64,000 bases of DNA from Rhizobacter sp. (GTDB lineage Bacteria; Pseudomonadota; Gammaproteobacteria; Burkholderiales; Burkholderiaceae_C), in assembly GCA_017986065.1 (NCBI GenBank), contig JAGNWJ010000004.1:16437-80436 (forward strand), in the 5' to 3' direction. Shown piece after piece: positions 38,018-48,346 of the stretch; positions within the stretch are counted from its first letter, which is position 1; the number at the start of each line of letters is the position of its first letter. The notes beneath the pieces were generated by a model, which saw only the letters and a program-made list of their open reading frames with translations, did no database searches and was not told where the DNA came from. The position numbers were made by a program, and so were the translations under genes.

Positions 38018-38260
38018 TCACCAGTTGATGATGGTCTTGACCACGCTGCCCCAGACCACGATGTTGAACCAGAGCAGTGCAACAGCGAATGCCCAGCGCC
38101 GGAACATCCGGGTGCGCTTGAGCCAGAGATCGATCCCGGTGGCGATGAATACGCCGAAGCACAGCAGGCTGATGCCACCCGTCAGCCCCAGGATGCTGGC
38201 CATCACCCAGTCAAACGGCCTCATATCGTAGGAATCTCTCTCAGTTGGGTGGCCAGACAT
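38018..38260 (-). CDS. Small hypothetical membrane protein (2 predicted TM helices)
   Basis: The ORF has hydrophobic segments 'VMASILGLTGGISLLCFGVFIA' and 'WAFAVALLWFNIVVWGSVV'. ATG 38224 ('MRPFDW') is an alternative start. I recognised no family. Confidence 0.45.
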   Translation of the reverse strand: MSGHPTERDSYDMRPFDWVMASILGLTGGISLLCFGVFIATGIDLWLKRTRMFRRWAFAVALLWFNIVVWGSVVKTIINW

Positions 38261-38285
38261 GGCCGGTTGATGCCGCGAGATGACA

Positions 38286-38474
38286 TCACACAGCCACCAC
38301 GAATCGTTCGAGGATCAGCACGGCAAAGAATCCAAGCGCTGCGATCACCGCCCACTTGATGATGGTGATGCCCAGCTGACGGTAACGCATCTGGCCCGTG
38401 CCGACGTACATCGCCAGGCACACCAGCCCGGCGACGAGCAGCAGCAACAGCACCCATCGGAAGATCAGCATCAC
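38286..38474 (-). CDS. Small hypothetical membrane protein (2 predicted TM helices), start overlapping the lpxC stop
   Basis: The start region 'GTGATG' overlaps the lpxC TGA. The hydrophobic segments are '[18 protein letters not shown]' and '[18 protein letters not shown]'. I recognised no family. Confidence 0.45.
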   Translation of the reverse strand: MMLIFRWVLLLLLVAGLVCLAMYVGTGQMRYRQLGITIIKWAVIAALGFFAVLILERFVVAV

Positions 38475-39409
38475 CAGGCCGGCGCCAGTTCGGCCAGGCC
38501 GGCCGGGGCTTTCGAAGCATCGCCGAAGGTCACGATGTCGTAGCAGCCCGGGTCGGCAAGCACGGCGCGAACCAGCTTGTTGTTGAGCGCATGTCCCGAC
38601 TTGAAGGCACTGTAAGCGCCGATCAACGGGTGTCCGATGATGAACAGATCCCCGATCGCATCGAGGATCTTGTGCTTGACGAATTCATCGTCGTAGCGCA
38701 GGCCGCCGGAGTTGAGCACCTTGTAGTCGTCGACCACGACCACGTTGTCGAGACTGCCCCCGAGGCCCAGCCCGCGCGAGCGCATCAGCTCGACGTCCTT
38801 GGTGAATCCAAAGGTGCGCGCGCGCGCGATCTCGCGCTTGTACTGCCCCGAGCCCATGTCGAACACCACATGCTGACCGGTCTGGTTGACGGCCGGATGA
38901 TCGAAAGCGATCTCGAAGGTCAGCTTGTAGCCGTCGAACGGCTCGAGCCTCGCCCACTTCAGGCTCGGCCCCTCGCCCTCACGCACCTCGACCGGCTTCA
39001 GGATGCGCAGGAAGCGCTTCGGCGCATCCTGCAGCACGATGCCTGCACTCTGCAGCAGGAACACGAACGACGCCGCCGACCCATCGAGGATGGGCACCTC
39101 TTCGGCGGTGATGTCGACGATCAGGTTGTCGATGCCCAGGCCTGCACATGCCGAAAGCAGATGCTCGACGGTGTTGACCTTCGGCGCCCCCGGATCGCCG
39201 CCTGGCGACAGCGCGGTCGCCATGCGCGTGTCGCACACCGAGTGGGCATGCACCGGGATGTCCACCGGTTGCGGCAGATCGACCCGCCGAAAGACGACGC
39301 CGCTGTCCGCCGGCGCCGGACGCAGCGTCAGTTCGACCCGCTGTCCGCCGTGCACGCCCACCCCGACCGCGCGGGTCAGGGATTTCAGCGTGCGTTGGGC
39401 GAGCATCAT
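38471..39409 (-). CDS. lpxC: UDP-3-O-acyl-N-acetylglucosamine deacetylase
   Basis: It contains 'RTLKS...GVGVHGG', '[16 protein letters not shown]', 'EVPILDGSA', 'FGF..D', 'NVVV.DD' and '[13 protein letters not shown]'. Confidence 0.95.
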   Translation of the reverse strand: MMLAQRTLKSLTRAVGVGVHGGQRVELTLRPAPADSGVVFRRVDLPQPVDIPVHAHSVCDTRMATALSPGGDPGAPKVNTVEHLLSACAGLGIDNLIVDITAEEVPILDGSAASFVFLLQSAGIVLQDAPKRFLRILKPVEVREGEGPSLKWARLEPFDGYKLTFEIAFDHPAVNQTGQHVVFDMGSGQYKREIARARTFGFTKDVELMRSRGLGLGGSLDNVVVVDDYKVLNSGGLRYDDEFVKHKILDAIGDLFIIGHPLIGAYSAFKSGHALNNKLVRAVLADPGCYDIVTFGDASKAPAGLAELAPAW

Positions 39410-39483
39410 TTCATTCTAGGGACGCAAGTGCTCCGTCTCCCCGGTGGGGATTGGGAGCGAACTCCGGCATCGGCCTATCGAGA

Positions 39484-40698
39484 TCAATCGGCCTGCTTTC
39501 TGAGGAAGGCCGGGATCTCGATCTCGTCCATGCCGTTGCTGGCCAGCGCATCGACCTTGGCAGCCGCGGTGCGGGTGCGCCACACGCTCGGGGTGCTCAG
39601 CGATCCGTAGTCAGGGGAGTTGTGCCCGCCCTGCATGCCGAGCCCGGGCGCGTTCAGCGGGTTGTTCAGGATCGGCAGGTTATCGGTGCCGGTGCGCTGC
39701 ATCGGCGCGCTGTGGACGACGCTGATCGGCGCCTGCTGGCGGCGCGCCGGGCTCAGGCCGGTGGCGATCACCGTCACGCGCAGCTTGTCGCCCAGACCTT
39801 CGTCGTAAACGGTACCGAAGATCACGTGTGCGTCTTCCGCAGCGTAGCGGCGGATGGTGTTCATCGCGTTCTTGCTTTCCGACAGCTTCAGCGTGCTGCG
39901 GTTCGCGGCGATCAGCACCAGCACGCCCTTCGCGCCCGACAGGTCGATTCCCTCGAGCAGCGGGCACGCCACGGCAGCGTCGGCTGCCTTCGTGGCGCGA
40001 TCCGGGCCGCTCGCCTGCGCGGTGCCCATCATGGCCTTGCCGGGCTCGCTCATCACCGTCTTCACGTCCTCGAAGTCGACGTTGACCATGCCATGCATGT
40101 GAATGATGTCGCTGATGCCGCCGACGGCGTTCTTCAGAACGTCGTTGGCCTCGGCGAAGGCCTGATCCTGCGTCACATCGTCGCCCAGCACCTCGAGCAG
40201 CTTCTCGTTGAGCACCACGATCAGCGAATCGACATTGGCTTCCAGCTCGGCCAGACCTGCGTCGGCGGCCTTCATCCGGCGGTTGCCTTCGAAGTCGAAC
40301 GGCTTGGTCACCACGCCGACGGTCAGGATGCCCATTTCCTTCGCGATGCGGGCAATCACAGGTGCAGCGCCGGTGCCGGTGCCGCCGCCCATGCCGGCGG
40401 TGATGAACAGCATGTGCGCACCACTGATGGCCTGGCGGATGCGCTCGTCGGCTTCCAGAGCGGCGGCCTTGCCGGCCTCGGGCTTGGCGCCCGCACCCAG
40501 CCCGGTGGTGCCGAGCTGGATCAGGTGGTGCGCGGTGGAACGGTTCAGGGCCTGGGCGTCGGTGTTCGCGTTGACGAACTCCACGCCCTGAACGCCCTGC
40601 GCAATCATGTGGTCGACCGCGTTGCCGCCGCCGCCGCCGACGCCGATCACCTTGATCTGGGTGCCGAGGTCAAATTCTTCGATCATTTCGATGGCCAT
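39484..40698 (-). CDS. ftsZ: Cell division GTPase FtsZ
   Basis: It contains 'IKVIGVGGGGGNAV', 'FITAGMGGGTGTGAAPV' and the C-terminal 'DEIEIPAFLRKQAD'. The ATG at 40698 is internal to the 457-aa track ORF. Confidence 0.96.
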   Translation of the reverse strand: MAIEMIEEFDLGTQIKVIGVGGGGGNAVDHMIAQGVQGVEFVNANTDAQALNRSTAHHLIQLGTTGLGAGAKPEAGKAAALEADERIRQAISGAHMLFITAGMGGGTGTGAAPVIARIAKEMGILTVGVVTKPFDFEGNRRMKAADAGLAELEANVDSLIVVLNEKLLEVLGDDVTQDQAFAEANDVLKNAVGGISDIIHMHGMVNVDFEDVKTVMSEPGKAMMGTAQASGPDRATKAADAAVACPLLEGIDLSGAKGVLVLIAANRSTLKLSESKNAMNTIRRYAAEDAHVIFGTVYDEGLGDKLRVTVIATGLSPARRQQAPISVVHSAPMQRTGTDNLPILNNPLNAPGLGMQGGHNSPDYGSLSTPSVWRTRTAAAKVDALASNGMDEIEIPAFLRKQAD

Positions 40699-40917
40699 GT
40701 GATGCTCCAGTGCTTGTCTGCAGTTGCCGTGTTGAATAGAGAACCGGGATGGATCCCGTGTTTGCCGTGCGTCTTGTCTTCTTGATGTCAGGGTCGCATT
40801 CGTGTCGTGCCGGGAGGCGGTCGCGCCGGGGGAGCACGGTTGCCGCCCGGATGGCAACCGCGTTCGGTCTGGTCGTCGATGGTGGGGTGATTCATCGGGG
40901 GTCCGTGTGCTGCGTGT

Positions 40918-42147
40918 TCAGAAGTTGCCGAGGAACCAGTCGCGGGCGCGCCCCAGCACGGTCTTCACCGAGCCGGCCTGCTGGGCGGCGCGCAGGCCGC
41001 GCGAGCGAGCAATGCGGCCCTCCTCGAGCAGGCCCATCACGGTGGCCGAACGGGTGTTCGCGACCATGTCCTGCAGGGCACCGTGGTACAGCGGGATGCC
41101 CTTGCGCACCGGCTTGAGGAAGATGTCCTCGCCGAGCTCGACCATGCCGGGCATCACCGCCGCGCCACCGCAGATCACGATGCCTGACGACAGCAGCTCC
41201 TCGTAGCCGGACTCGCGGATGACCTGGTGCACCAGCGAGTAGATCTCCTCGATGCGGGGCTCGATCACGCCGGCCAGCGCCTGGCGGCTCAACATGCGTG
41301 GCGCGCGATCGCCGAGTCCTGGAACCTCGAGCTGGTCGCTCGGATCGGCCAGCAGTTGCTTGGCCACCCCGAACTCGACCTTGATCTCCTCGGCGTCCTT
41401 CGTCGGCGTTCGCAGCGCCATCGCGATGTCGCTGGTGATCAGGTCGCCGGCGATCGGGATCACCGCCGTGTGGCGGATCGCGCCGTCGGTGAAGATCGCC
41501 ACATCGGTGGTGCCGGCACCGATGTCGACCAGGGCAACGCCGAGGTCCTTCTCGTCTTCGGTCAGCACGGCGTGGCTGCTGGCGCTCGGGTTCAGCACCA
41601 GCTGATCGACCTCGAGACCGCAGCGGCGCACGCACTTGACGATGTTCTCGGCGGCGCTCTGCGCGCCGGTGACGATGTGCACCTTCACCTCGAGGCGACC
41701 GCCGCTCATGCCGATCGGCTCCTTCACCTCGTGGCCGTCGATGACGAATTCCTGCGGCTCGACCAGCAGCAGCCGCTGGTCGTTCGGAATGTTGATCGCC
41801 TTGGCGGTCTCGACGACGCGCGCCACGTCGACCGGAGTGACCTCCTTGTCGCGCACGATCACCATGCCGGTGCTGTTCTGGCCGCGGATGTGGCTGCCGG
41901 TGATGCCGGTGTACACGCGGGTGATCTTGCAGTCGGCCATCATCTCGGCCTCCTTCAAGGCCTGCTGGATGCTCTGCACGGTGGCGTCGATGTTCACCAC
42001 GACGCCGCGCTTGAGCCCGTGCGTCGGTGCACTGCCAAGACCGGCGATGCGCAGCTCGCCGCCGGGCAGCAGTTCGGCCACGACCACCATCACCTTCGCA
42101 GTGCCGATGTCGAGACCAACCACCAGATCCTTCAATTCCTTGGCCAT
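40918..42147 (-). CDS. ftsA: Cell division protein FtsA
   Basis: The actin-like ATPase shows 'VVGLDIGTAKV', 'ALVDIGAGTTDVAIF' and 'GIVICGGAA'. Confidence 0.95.
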   Translation of the reverse strand: MAKELKDLVVGLDIGTAKVMVVVAELLPGGELRIAGLGSAPTHGLKRGVVVNIDATVQSIQQALKEAEMMADCKITRVYTGITGSHIRGQNSTGMVIVRDKEVTPVDVARVVETAKAINIPNDQRLLLVEPQEFVIDGHEVKEPIGMSGGRLEVKVHIVTGAQSAAENIVKCVRRCGLEVDQLVLNPSASSHAVLTEDEKDLGVALVDIGAGTTDVAIFTDGAIRHTAVIPIAGDLITSDIAMALRTPTKDAEEIKVEFGVAKQLLADPSDQLEVPGLGDRAPRMLSRQALAGVIEPRIEEIYSLVHQVIRESGYEELLSSGIVICGGAAVMPGMVELGEDIFLKPVRKGIPLYHGALQDMVANTRSATVMGLLEEGRIARSRGLRAAQQAGSVKTVLGRARDWFLGNF

Positions 42148-42160
42148 CCGATCCTCTCGC

Positions 42161-43003
42161 TCAATTCCGGTTGCCCGCGCCTGGTCCGGTGCCAGGGTTC
42201 AGCGTTGTCGTGATTCCCCGCAAGCGCAGGGCGTAGCCGTCGCGGTGCCGCAGATCGGCATACACGAGCGGTGCTTGAAACTGTTCGGTCACCTGGCTGA
42301 CCGTGCCAACGAAGCGCTCGGCCCGCGCCACCACCTCGTCCTCGCTGCCCCGGCCCAGTTCGACCTTGGCGCCACTGTCGAGCTCGGCACGCCACGACGC
42401 CCGACTCGACAGTCGCAGCGACTCCACACGGCGGTCCAGCCGCCCGAAAACCGACTGCAGGCGGGACAGCATCGCGAGCATCCCGGCTGAACTGCCTTCG
42501 GGACCCTCGAGCACAGGCAGTCCTTCTTCCTCGACATCGCCGACGCTCGCCTCGAACACCTCGCCCATCGTGTTGACGAGCTGGTCGGTCGCACCGCCGC
42601 CACGCCACAGGGCGGCCGGCCGGTGCTCCTCGAGGCGCACCTTCAATCGGTTGGGCCACACGCGCTGCACCACGGCGCGACGCACCCATGGCACGGACTC
42701 GAAGGCACGCTGGTCGACCTGCAGGTCGGTGGTGAAGAAGTTGCCCCGCAGCTTCGGAACCGCATTGACACGGATCGTCGCCACGGTGTTGCGGCTCAGG
42801 TCGCCTTCGATGCCGATCGAACGCAGCGCGAACACGGGCTGGCGGGTCAGCAGGTGCAGCGCGGTGGCGCCCAGCAACAAGGCGGCCAGCACCAACAAGC
42901 CGTTCGCGGTGTATCTCATCCACCGGACGTCGGCCGGCAATGCAGGCACCGCCGCTCGGTCTCGCGCGGCTGACATCGATCGGACGAAGGGGGTGCTGGA
43001 CAT
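42161..43003 (-). CDS. ftsQ: Cell division protein FtsQ
   Basis: It has a single TM helix and a POTRA-like 'FALRSIGIEGDLSRN', and it lies between ddl and ftsA. Confidence 0.88.
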   Translation of the reverse strand: MSSTPFVRSMSAARDRAAVPALPADVRWMRYTANGLLVLAALLLGATALHLLTRQPVFALRSIGIEGDLSRNTVATIRVNAVPKLRGNFFTTDLQVDQRAFESVPWVRRAVVQRVWPNRLKVRLEEHRPAALWRGGGATDQLVNTMGEVFEASVGDVEEEGLPVLEGPEGSSAGMLAMLSRLQSVFGRLDRRVESLRLSSRASWRAELDSGAKVELGRGSEDEVVARAERFVGTVSQVTEQFQAPLVYADLRHRDGYALRLRGITTTLNPGTGPGAGNRN

Positions 43004-43010
43004 GGAGCGT

Positions 43011-44015
43011 TCAGGCCTTCACGTCTGTCGCAGACGACACCGGAGCCGCCGGCCCGTCAAGCCTGGCCTGACTGAGAATCAGCAGGCAGAGCTGGTCGTA
43101 TCCGATGCCGACGGACCGTGCCGACATCGGCACCAGCGAGTGCGACGTCATGCCTGGCGAGGTGTTCATCTCGAGCAGGAACGGCTGACGGTCAGCTGCC
43201 CGGATCATCAGGTCCGCGCGCCCCCAGCCGCGGCAGCCGAGCGTCCGGTACGAAGCGAGCGCCAGACGCTGGATCTCGCGCTCCTCGGACTCGGGCAGCC
43301 CGCTCGGGCACAGGTACTGGACGGTGTCGGTGAAGTACTTGTTCTGATAGTCGTAGGCGCCTTCCGGCGCCCGGATGCGGATCACCGGCAGCGCGTGCGC
43401 ATCGGCGCCTTCGCCGATCACCGGGCACGTGACTTCCTCGCCGTCGATGAACTCCTCGCAGAGCACATCGGCGTCGTATTTCGCGGCGAGCACCACCGCA
43501 TCCAGCATCTGACGATCCACGTCTCCGCCACCGGTCACTTTCGTGACGCCGATCGATGAACCCTCGCGCGGCGGCTTGACGATGAGCGGCAGGCCCAGCT
43601 GGCCGGGCACGCGGCGCACCTGCTCGATGTCGTGCTCGCCTGGCGGCAGCCACACATGGCGCGGCGTGGGCAGTCCCTCGGACAGCCAGATGCGCTTGGT
43701 CATGACCTTGTCCATCGCCACCGCCGACGCCATCACGCCCGAGCCGGTGTACGGGACGCCCATCAGCTCGAGCGCGCCCTGGACCGTGCCGTCCTCTCCA
43801 TGGCGGCCATGCAGTGCGATGAAGCAGCGGGCGATGCCGAGCTTCTTCAGATCGGAGAGGTCGCGCTCGGACGGGTCGAAAGACTGCGCGTCGACGCCCA
43901 GCGACTGCAGCGCAGACAGCACACCGTGGCCCGACATCAGCGAGATGGCTCGCTCGGCCGAGGTACCGCCCATCAGCACCGCGACCTTTCCGAGGGCTTT
44001 CGGATCCACGTTCAT
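43011..44015 (-). CDS. ddl: D-alanine--D-alanine ligase
   Basis: It contains '[18 protein letters not shown]', '[17 protein letters not shown]' and 'GWGRADLM......PFLLE.NT.PGMT'. Confidence 0.95.
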   Translation of the reverse strand: MNVDPKALGKVAVLMGGTSAERAISLMSGHGVLSALQSLGVDAQSFDPSERDLSDLKKLGIARCFIALHGRHGEDGTVQGALELMGVPYTGSGVMASAVAMDKVMTKRIWLSEGLPTPRHVWLPPGEHDIEQVRRVPGQLGLPLIVKPPREGSSIGVTKVTGGGDVDRQMLDAVVLAAKYDADVLCEEFIDGEEVTCPVIGEGADAHALPVIRIRAPEGAYDYQNKYFTDTVQYLCPSGLPESEEREIQRLALASYRTLGCRGWGRADLMIRAADRQPFLLEMNTSPGMTSHSLVPMSARSVGIGYDQLCLLILSQARLDGPAAPVSSATDVKA

Positions 44016-45466
44016 CGGCTGCCCTCCATCGTGACCGCAGCGGCCGCATCCGTCCGGCGCTGCAGATCGAGCACCTGCGCGGGCACGCCACCTATCGATC
44101 CCGCCCCCATCGAGACGACGACATCGCCAGCCCGCGCGTGATCGAGGATCGCCTGCGGCATCGCGGCGACGTCGTCGACGAACACCGGATCGACCTTGCC
44201 GGCCACGCGCAGCGCGCGGGCCAGCGCGCGGCCGTCGGCGGCGACGATCGGCGGCTCGCCGGCGGCGTAGACCTCGGTCAGCAGCACCGCATCGGCACTG
44301 CCGATGACCTTGACGAAGTCCTCGAAGCAGTCGCGGGTGCGGGTGTAGCGATGAGGCTGGAAGGCCAGCACCAGGCGGCGCCCGGGGAATGCGCCCCGTG
44401 CCGCCGACAGGGTGGCTGCCATCTCGACCGGGTGGTGACCGTAGTCGTCGATCAGCGTGAAGCTGCCAGCGGATTCGTCAGCCGCCGCGGTCGCCCGAAC
44501 CTCGCCATAGCGCTGGAAGCGCCGATCGACACCGCGGAAGTCGGCCAGACCCTGCACCATCGCCGCATCGGGAAGCTCCAGCTCGGTGGCCACCGCAATC
44601 GCGGCCAGCGCGTTCAGCACGTTGTGGTCGCCCGGCAGGTTCAGGGTGACATCGAGGTCGGGCATCGCGATGCCGTTGCGACGCTGCACCGTGAAGCGCA
44701 TGCGACCGGCACGCGCCTGCACGTCGACCGCGCGCACCATCGCATCGGCACCGAAGCCGTAGGTCACGACCGGGCGCGACAGCATCGGCATGATCGAGCG
44801 CACGCCCGGGTCATCGCTGCACACGATGGCCGCGCCATAGAACGGCATGCGGTGGACGAACTCGACGAAGGCCTGCTTCAGCCGCGCGAAGTCGTGGCCG
44901 TAGGTGTCCATGTGATCGGCGTCGATGTTGGTCACCACGGCCATCACCGGCAGCAGGTTCAGGAACGACGCGTCGGATTCGTCGGCCTCGACGACGATGT
45001 GGTCGCCCGAGCCCAGCCGCGAGTTCGCACCGGCGGCATTGAGCCGCCCGCCAATCACGAAGGTCGGGTCCAGCCCGGCCTCGGCCAGCACGCTCGTGAC
45101 GAGGCTGGTGGTGGTGGTCTTGCCGTGCGTTCCAGCGATCGCGATGCCCTTCTTCAGGCGCATCAGTTCGGCCAGCATCACGGCCCGAGGCACGACCGGC
45201 ACGCGACGAGCACGTGCCGCAGTCACCTCGGGGTTGTCGGCCTTGACCGCGGTCGAGGTGACGACCGCCTCCGCGCCGTCGATGTTCGATGCATCGTGAC
45301 CCACGGCCACGCGGATGCCGAGCGATGCGAGCCGGCGGGAGGTGGCGCTGTCGCTCTGGTCCGAGCCGGACACCCGGTATCCCAGGTTGTGGAGGATCTC
45401 GGCGATGCCGCTCATGCCGGCGCCGCCGATACCGACGAAGTGGATGTGCTTGACGGCGTGTTTCAT
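44012..45466 (-). CDS. murC: UDP-N-acetylmuramate--L-alanine ligase
   Basis: It contains '[16 protein letters not shown]', '[14 protein letters not shown]' and 'DDYGHHP'. Confidence 0.95.
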   Translation of the reverse strand: MKHAVKHIHFVGIGGAGMSGIAEILHNLGYRVSGSDQSDSATSRRLASLGIRVAVGHDASNIDGAEAVVTSTAVKADNPEVTAARARRVPVVPRAVMLAELMRLKKGIAIAGTHGKTTTTSLVTSVLAEAGLDPTFVIGGRLNAAGANSRLGSGDHIVVEADESDASFLNLLPVMAVVTNIDADHMDTYGHDFARLKQAFVEFVHRMPFYGAAIVCSDDPGVRSIMPMLSRPVVTYGFGADAMVRAVDVQARAGRMRFTVQRRNGIAMPDLDVTLNLPGDHNVLNALAAIAVATELELPDAAMVQGLADFRGVDRRFQRYGEVRATAAADESAGSFTLIDDYGHHPVEMAATLSAARGAFPGRRLVLAFQPHRYTRTRDCFEDFVKVIGSADAVLLTEVYAAGEPPIVAADGRALARALRVAGKVDPVFVDDVAAMPQAILDHARAGDVVVSMGAGSIGGVPAQVLDLQRRTDAAAAVTMEGSR

Positions 45467-46545
45467 GCTGCGATCAAACCTTCGAGTTCATCGGCCACAC
45501 GCGATGCCGCCCTGGGACGGGCCAGCGCTCGCGCCCTGGTCGCCATCGCGAGCAGCGAGTCGCGCGTCAGCCCGGCCAGCACATCGGCCAGATGGCGGGG
45601 CGTCAGTTCGTTCTGCGGCAATTGCAGGGCCGCACCGTGCGACGCCATCCACTGCGCGTTGTCGCGCTGGTGCGACGTCGTGCTCACCACCAGCGGCACG
45701 AGCACGCTGGCAACACCGGCGGCACACAGTTCGCTCACGGTGATCGCGCCGGCGCGGCAGACGATCAGGTCGCAGTCGGCGAGGCGCGCGGCCATGTCGT
45801 CGATGAACGGCAGCACCTCGGCGTCCACCGTGGCGCCTGCGTAATCGGCCTGCACCGACTCCGCATGCGCAGCGCCCGTCTGATGGGTGACCCGGGGCCG
45901 CTGCGCCAGAGGCATCAGCGCCAGCGCCTGCGGCAGGCAGCGATTGAGCACCTGGGCACCCAGGCTGCCACCGACGACCAGCAGACGAAGCGGGCCGTCG
46001 CGGCCTGCGAAGCGCGTGGTCGGCGCGGGCAGGCTCTCGATCTCGGCGCGCACCGGGTTGCCCGTGACAACGCCGTGGCGTGCGCCTTGCGCTGCCGGTC
46101 CGTCGAACCCGAAGGCCACACGGTCGGCCACCGGCAGCAGCGCGCGGTTGCTCATCAGCAGCGCAGCATCCGCGTTGACCAGCATCAGCGGCTTGCCGAG
46201 CAGCGAGGCCATCAGGCCGGCAGGAAAGCAGAGATAGCCGCCCATGCCGAGCACCACCCGCGCGCGGCGGCGGCGGATGATGCCGAGGCAAGCCCAGAAG
46301 GCGCCGAGCATCCGGATTCCGCCCGTCAGCGTATGGAAAAGTCCTTTTCCGCGCACACCGGTGAAGGCGACGGTATCGAGCGGAATTCGGGTGGGCGGGA
46401 CCAGCCTGTTTTCCATGCCGGTGGGTGTGCCGAGCCAGCTCACGGTCCAGCCGCGCTGCTGCATTTCCTTCGCCACGGCGAGGCCGGGGATGACGTGGCC
46501 GCCGGTGCCGGCTGCGACCACGATCAAATGTTTGCCCTGGGTCAT
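45463..46545 (-). CDS. murG: Undecaprenyldiphospho-muramoylpentapeptide beta-N-acetylglucosaminyltransferase
   Basis: It contains '[16 protein letters not shown]' and '[13 protein letters not shown]'. Its stop overlaps the murC start. Confidence 0.95.
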   Translation of the reverse strand: MTQGKHLIVVAAGTGGHVIPGLAVAKEMQQRGWTVSWLGTPTGMENRLVPPTRIPLDTVAFTGVRGKGLFHTLTGGIRMLGAFWACLGIIRRRRARVVLGMGGYLCFPAGLMASLLGKPLMLVNADAALLMSNRALLPVADRVAFGFDGPAAQGARHGVVTGNPVRAEIESLPAPTTRFAGRDGPLRLLVVGGSLGAQVLNRCLPQALALMPLAQRPRVTHQTGAAHAESVQADYAGATVDAEVLPFIDDMAARLADCDLIVCRAGAITVSELCAAGVASVLVPLVVSTTSHQRDNAQWMASHGAALQLPQNELTPRHLADVLAGLTRDSLLAMATRARALARPRAASRVADELEGLIAA

Positions 46546-46580
46546 GCTTGACCTCTCGGCATGGTTTGCATTGCTCGGTC

Positions 46581-47039
46581 AGACCGCGCCGGGTCTCGGC
46601 CCGGCAGCCGAGTAACTTTCATTTGCAGGCCCAAATGAAAGTCACCAAAGCAAAGGGCCTGAACACCAGCCCATTTGCTAACCACGCTGCGGCCAGAAGG
46701 TTGACTGCCGAGGCTCTGGCACGAGATCGATCGCCGGACTCCGGCCACGAGCACCTCGCTAACGTCCAAACACTTGTTGTCGCTGCGGCTCGACCCTACG
46801 GGTCCTCGCGGCGATGACCCGCAGGGTCGAGCCGTGTCGAGTCCGAGTCGTCTGAATGTGAGCGAGGAAACCGAGGCGGTAGCTCGGAGGATGTTCTCGA
46901 GCCAGAGCCTTTGAAGAAGGTGTGCAGCCGAAGCGATCAGCTCAAATGGCTGGTGTTCGGGCCTTCTTTTTTGGTTACTTTTTTCTGGGCCAGCAGAAAA
47001 AAGTGACTCGGCTGCCGGGACGAAACCCCGGCGCGGTTC
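46581..47039. repeat. Large imperfect palindrome (foldback or MITE-like element) filling the ftsW-murG spacer
   Basis: The left arm starts at 46581: 'agaccgcgccgggtctcggcccggcagccgagtaactttcatttgcaggcccaaatgaaagtcaccaaag...gaacaccagcccattt'. It is an inverted, diverged copy of the right arm, which ends at 47039: '...aaatggctggtgttcgggcc...ggttacttttttctgggccagcagaaaaaagtgactcggctgccgggacgaaaccccggcgcggttc'. Complementarity continues inward, for example 'aggctctggcacgaga' at about 46719 paired with 'tctcgagccagagcct' at about 46895, down to a central hairpin at 46788-46833. GC content is lower than in the flanks. Confidence 0.7.
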
Positions 47040-47077
47040 ATCGCACCGGCGCGCTGCAGCGAAAGGCAAACGAACCA

Positions 47078-48346
47078 TCATGCCCGCCCTCCCCGCATCA
47101 ACTGCCGGTTCTCGATATCGACCCGCGCCACGATCGCCAGCGCGATCATGTTCATCAGGATCGCCGATCCCCCGTAGCTCATCAACGGCAACGTCAGTCC
47201 CTTGGTGGGCAGCACGCCCAGGTTGACCCCCATGTTGATGAAGGCCTGACCGCCCATCCAGATGCCGATGCCCTGCGCATAGAGCCCCGCATAGACCCGG
47301 TCCAGCGCGATCGCCTGGCGGCCGATGTGGAACACGCGCCGCGACAGCCAGAAGAAGGCGACGATCACGCAGGCCACGCCGACGAAGCCCAGTTCCTCGC
47401 CGATCACCGCGAGCAGGAAGTCGGTGTGTGCCTCGGGCAGGTAGTGCAGCTTCTCGACGCTGGCCCCCAGGCCCTGCCCGAAGAACTCGCCGCGTCCGAA
47501 CGCGATGAGCGAATGCGAAAGCTGGTAGGCCTTGCCCAGCGTGTACTTCTCGTCCCACGGGTTCAGGTACGCGAAGATCCGCTCGCGACGCCAGTCACTC
47601 AGCGTGATCATCAGCACGAAGGCACCGATCAGTACCGAGGTGATCAGCAGGAACATGCGGCCGTTGACGCCCCCCAGGAACAGGATGCCCATCGCGATCA
47701 TCGCGATGACCAGGAACGCACCCATGTCCGGTTCGGCCAGCAGCAGCAGTCCGACCACCGCCACGGCGAATGCCATCGGCAGCACCGCCTGCCAGAAGTT
47801 CTCGCGTGCGTCCATCTTGCGCACCATGTAGCCGGCGGCGTACATCGCCATCGCCAGCTTGGCGAGTTCGGAGGGCTGGAAGTTCAGGAAGCCCAGCGGA
47901 ATCCATCGGCGTGCGCCATTGACTCCCTTGCCGATGAACGGGACGAGCACCAGCAGCAGCAGGATCAGCGCCCCGACGAAGATCCATGGAGCCGACTTCT
48001 CCCAGAAGCTCACCGGAACCTGCACCGCGACCAGCGCAGCCAGCACCGCGATCAGCAGCGAGACCAGATGGCGCACCAGGAAATGCGTCGGCGAATACAG
48101 CGTGAACTTCGGGTTGTCCGGCATCGCGATCGAAGCGCTGTAGACCATGACCAGGCCGAGTGCCAGCAGCGCCAGCACGATGCACAGGAGCGCCTGGTCG
48201 AATGCAAGCAGGCGAGCCGGCGCCCCGGACGACACATTGATCCAGTCGCGCACCGGGATGGCCGTGCTCTCGCTGGCGTCGGAGCGCCACAGGCCGGAGA
48301 CGCGGGCCCTCAGGGAACCGAACCGCGGCAGGCGCAAGGTCGTCAT
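47078..48346 (-). CDS. ftsW: Cell division protein FtsW (SEDS family peptidoglycan polymerase/lipid II flippase candidate)
   Basis: The polytopic SEDS protein has '[18 protein letters not shown]', 'PDMGAF' and '[17 protein letters not shown]'. Confidence 0.94.
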   Translation of the reverse strand: MTTLRLPRFGSLRARVSGLWRSDASESTAIPVRDWINVSSGAPARLLAFDQALLCIVLALLALGLVMVYSASIAMPDNPKFTLYSPTHFLVRHLVSLLIAVLAALVAVQVPVSFWEKSAPWIFVGALILLLLVLVPFIGKGVNGARRWIPLGFLNFQPSELAKLAMAMYAAGYMVRKMDARENFWQAVLPMAFAVAVVGLLLLAEPDMGAFLVIAMIAMGILFLGGVNGRMFLLITSVLIGAFVLMITLSDWRRERIFAYLNPWDEKYTLGKAYQLSHSLIAFGRGEFFGQGLGASVEKLHYLPEAHTDFLLAVIGEELGFVGVACVIVAFFWLSRRVFHIGRQAIALDRVYAGLYAQGIGIWMGGQAFINMGVNLGVLPTKGLTLPLMSYGGSAILMNMIALAIVARVDIENRQLMRGGRA

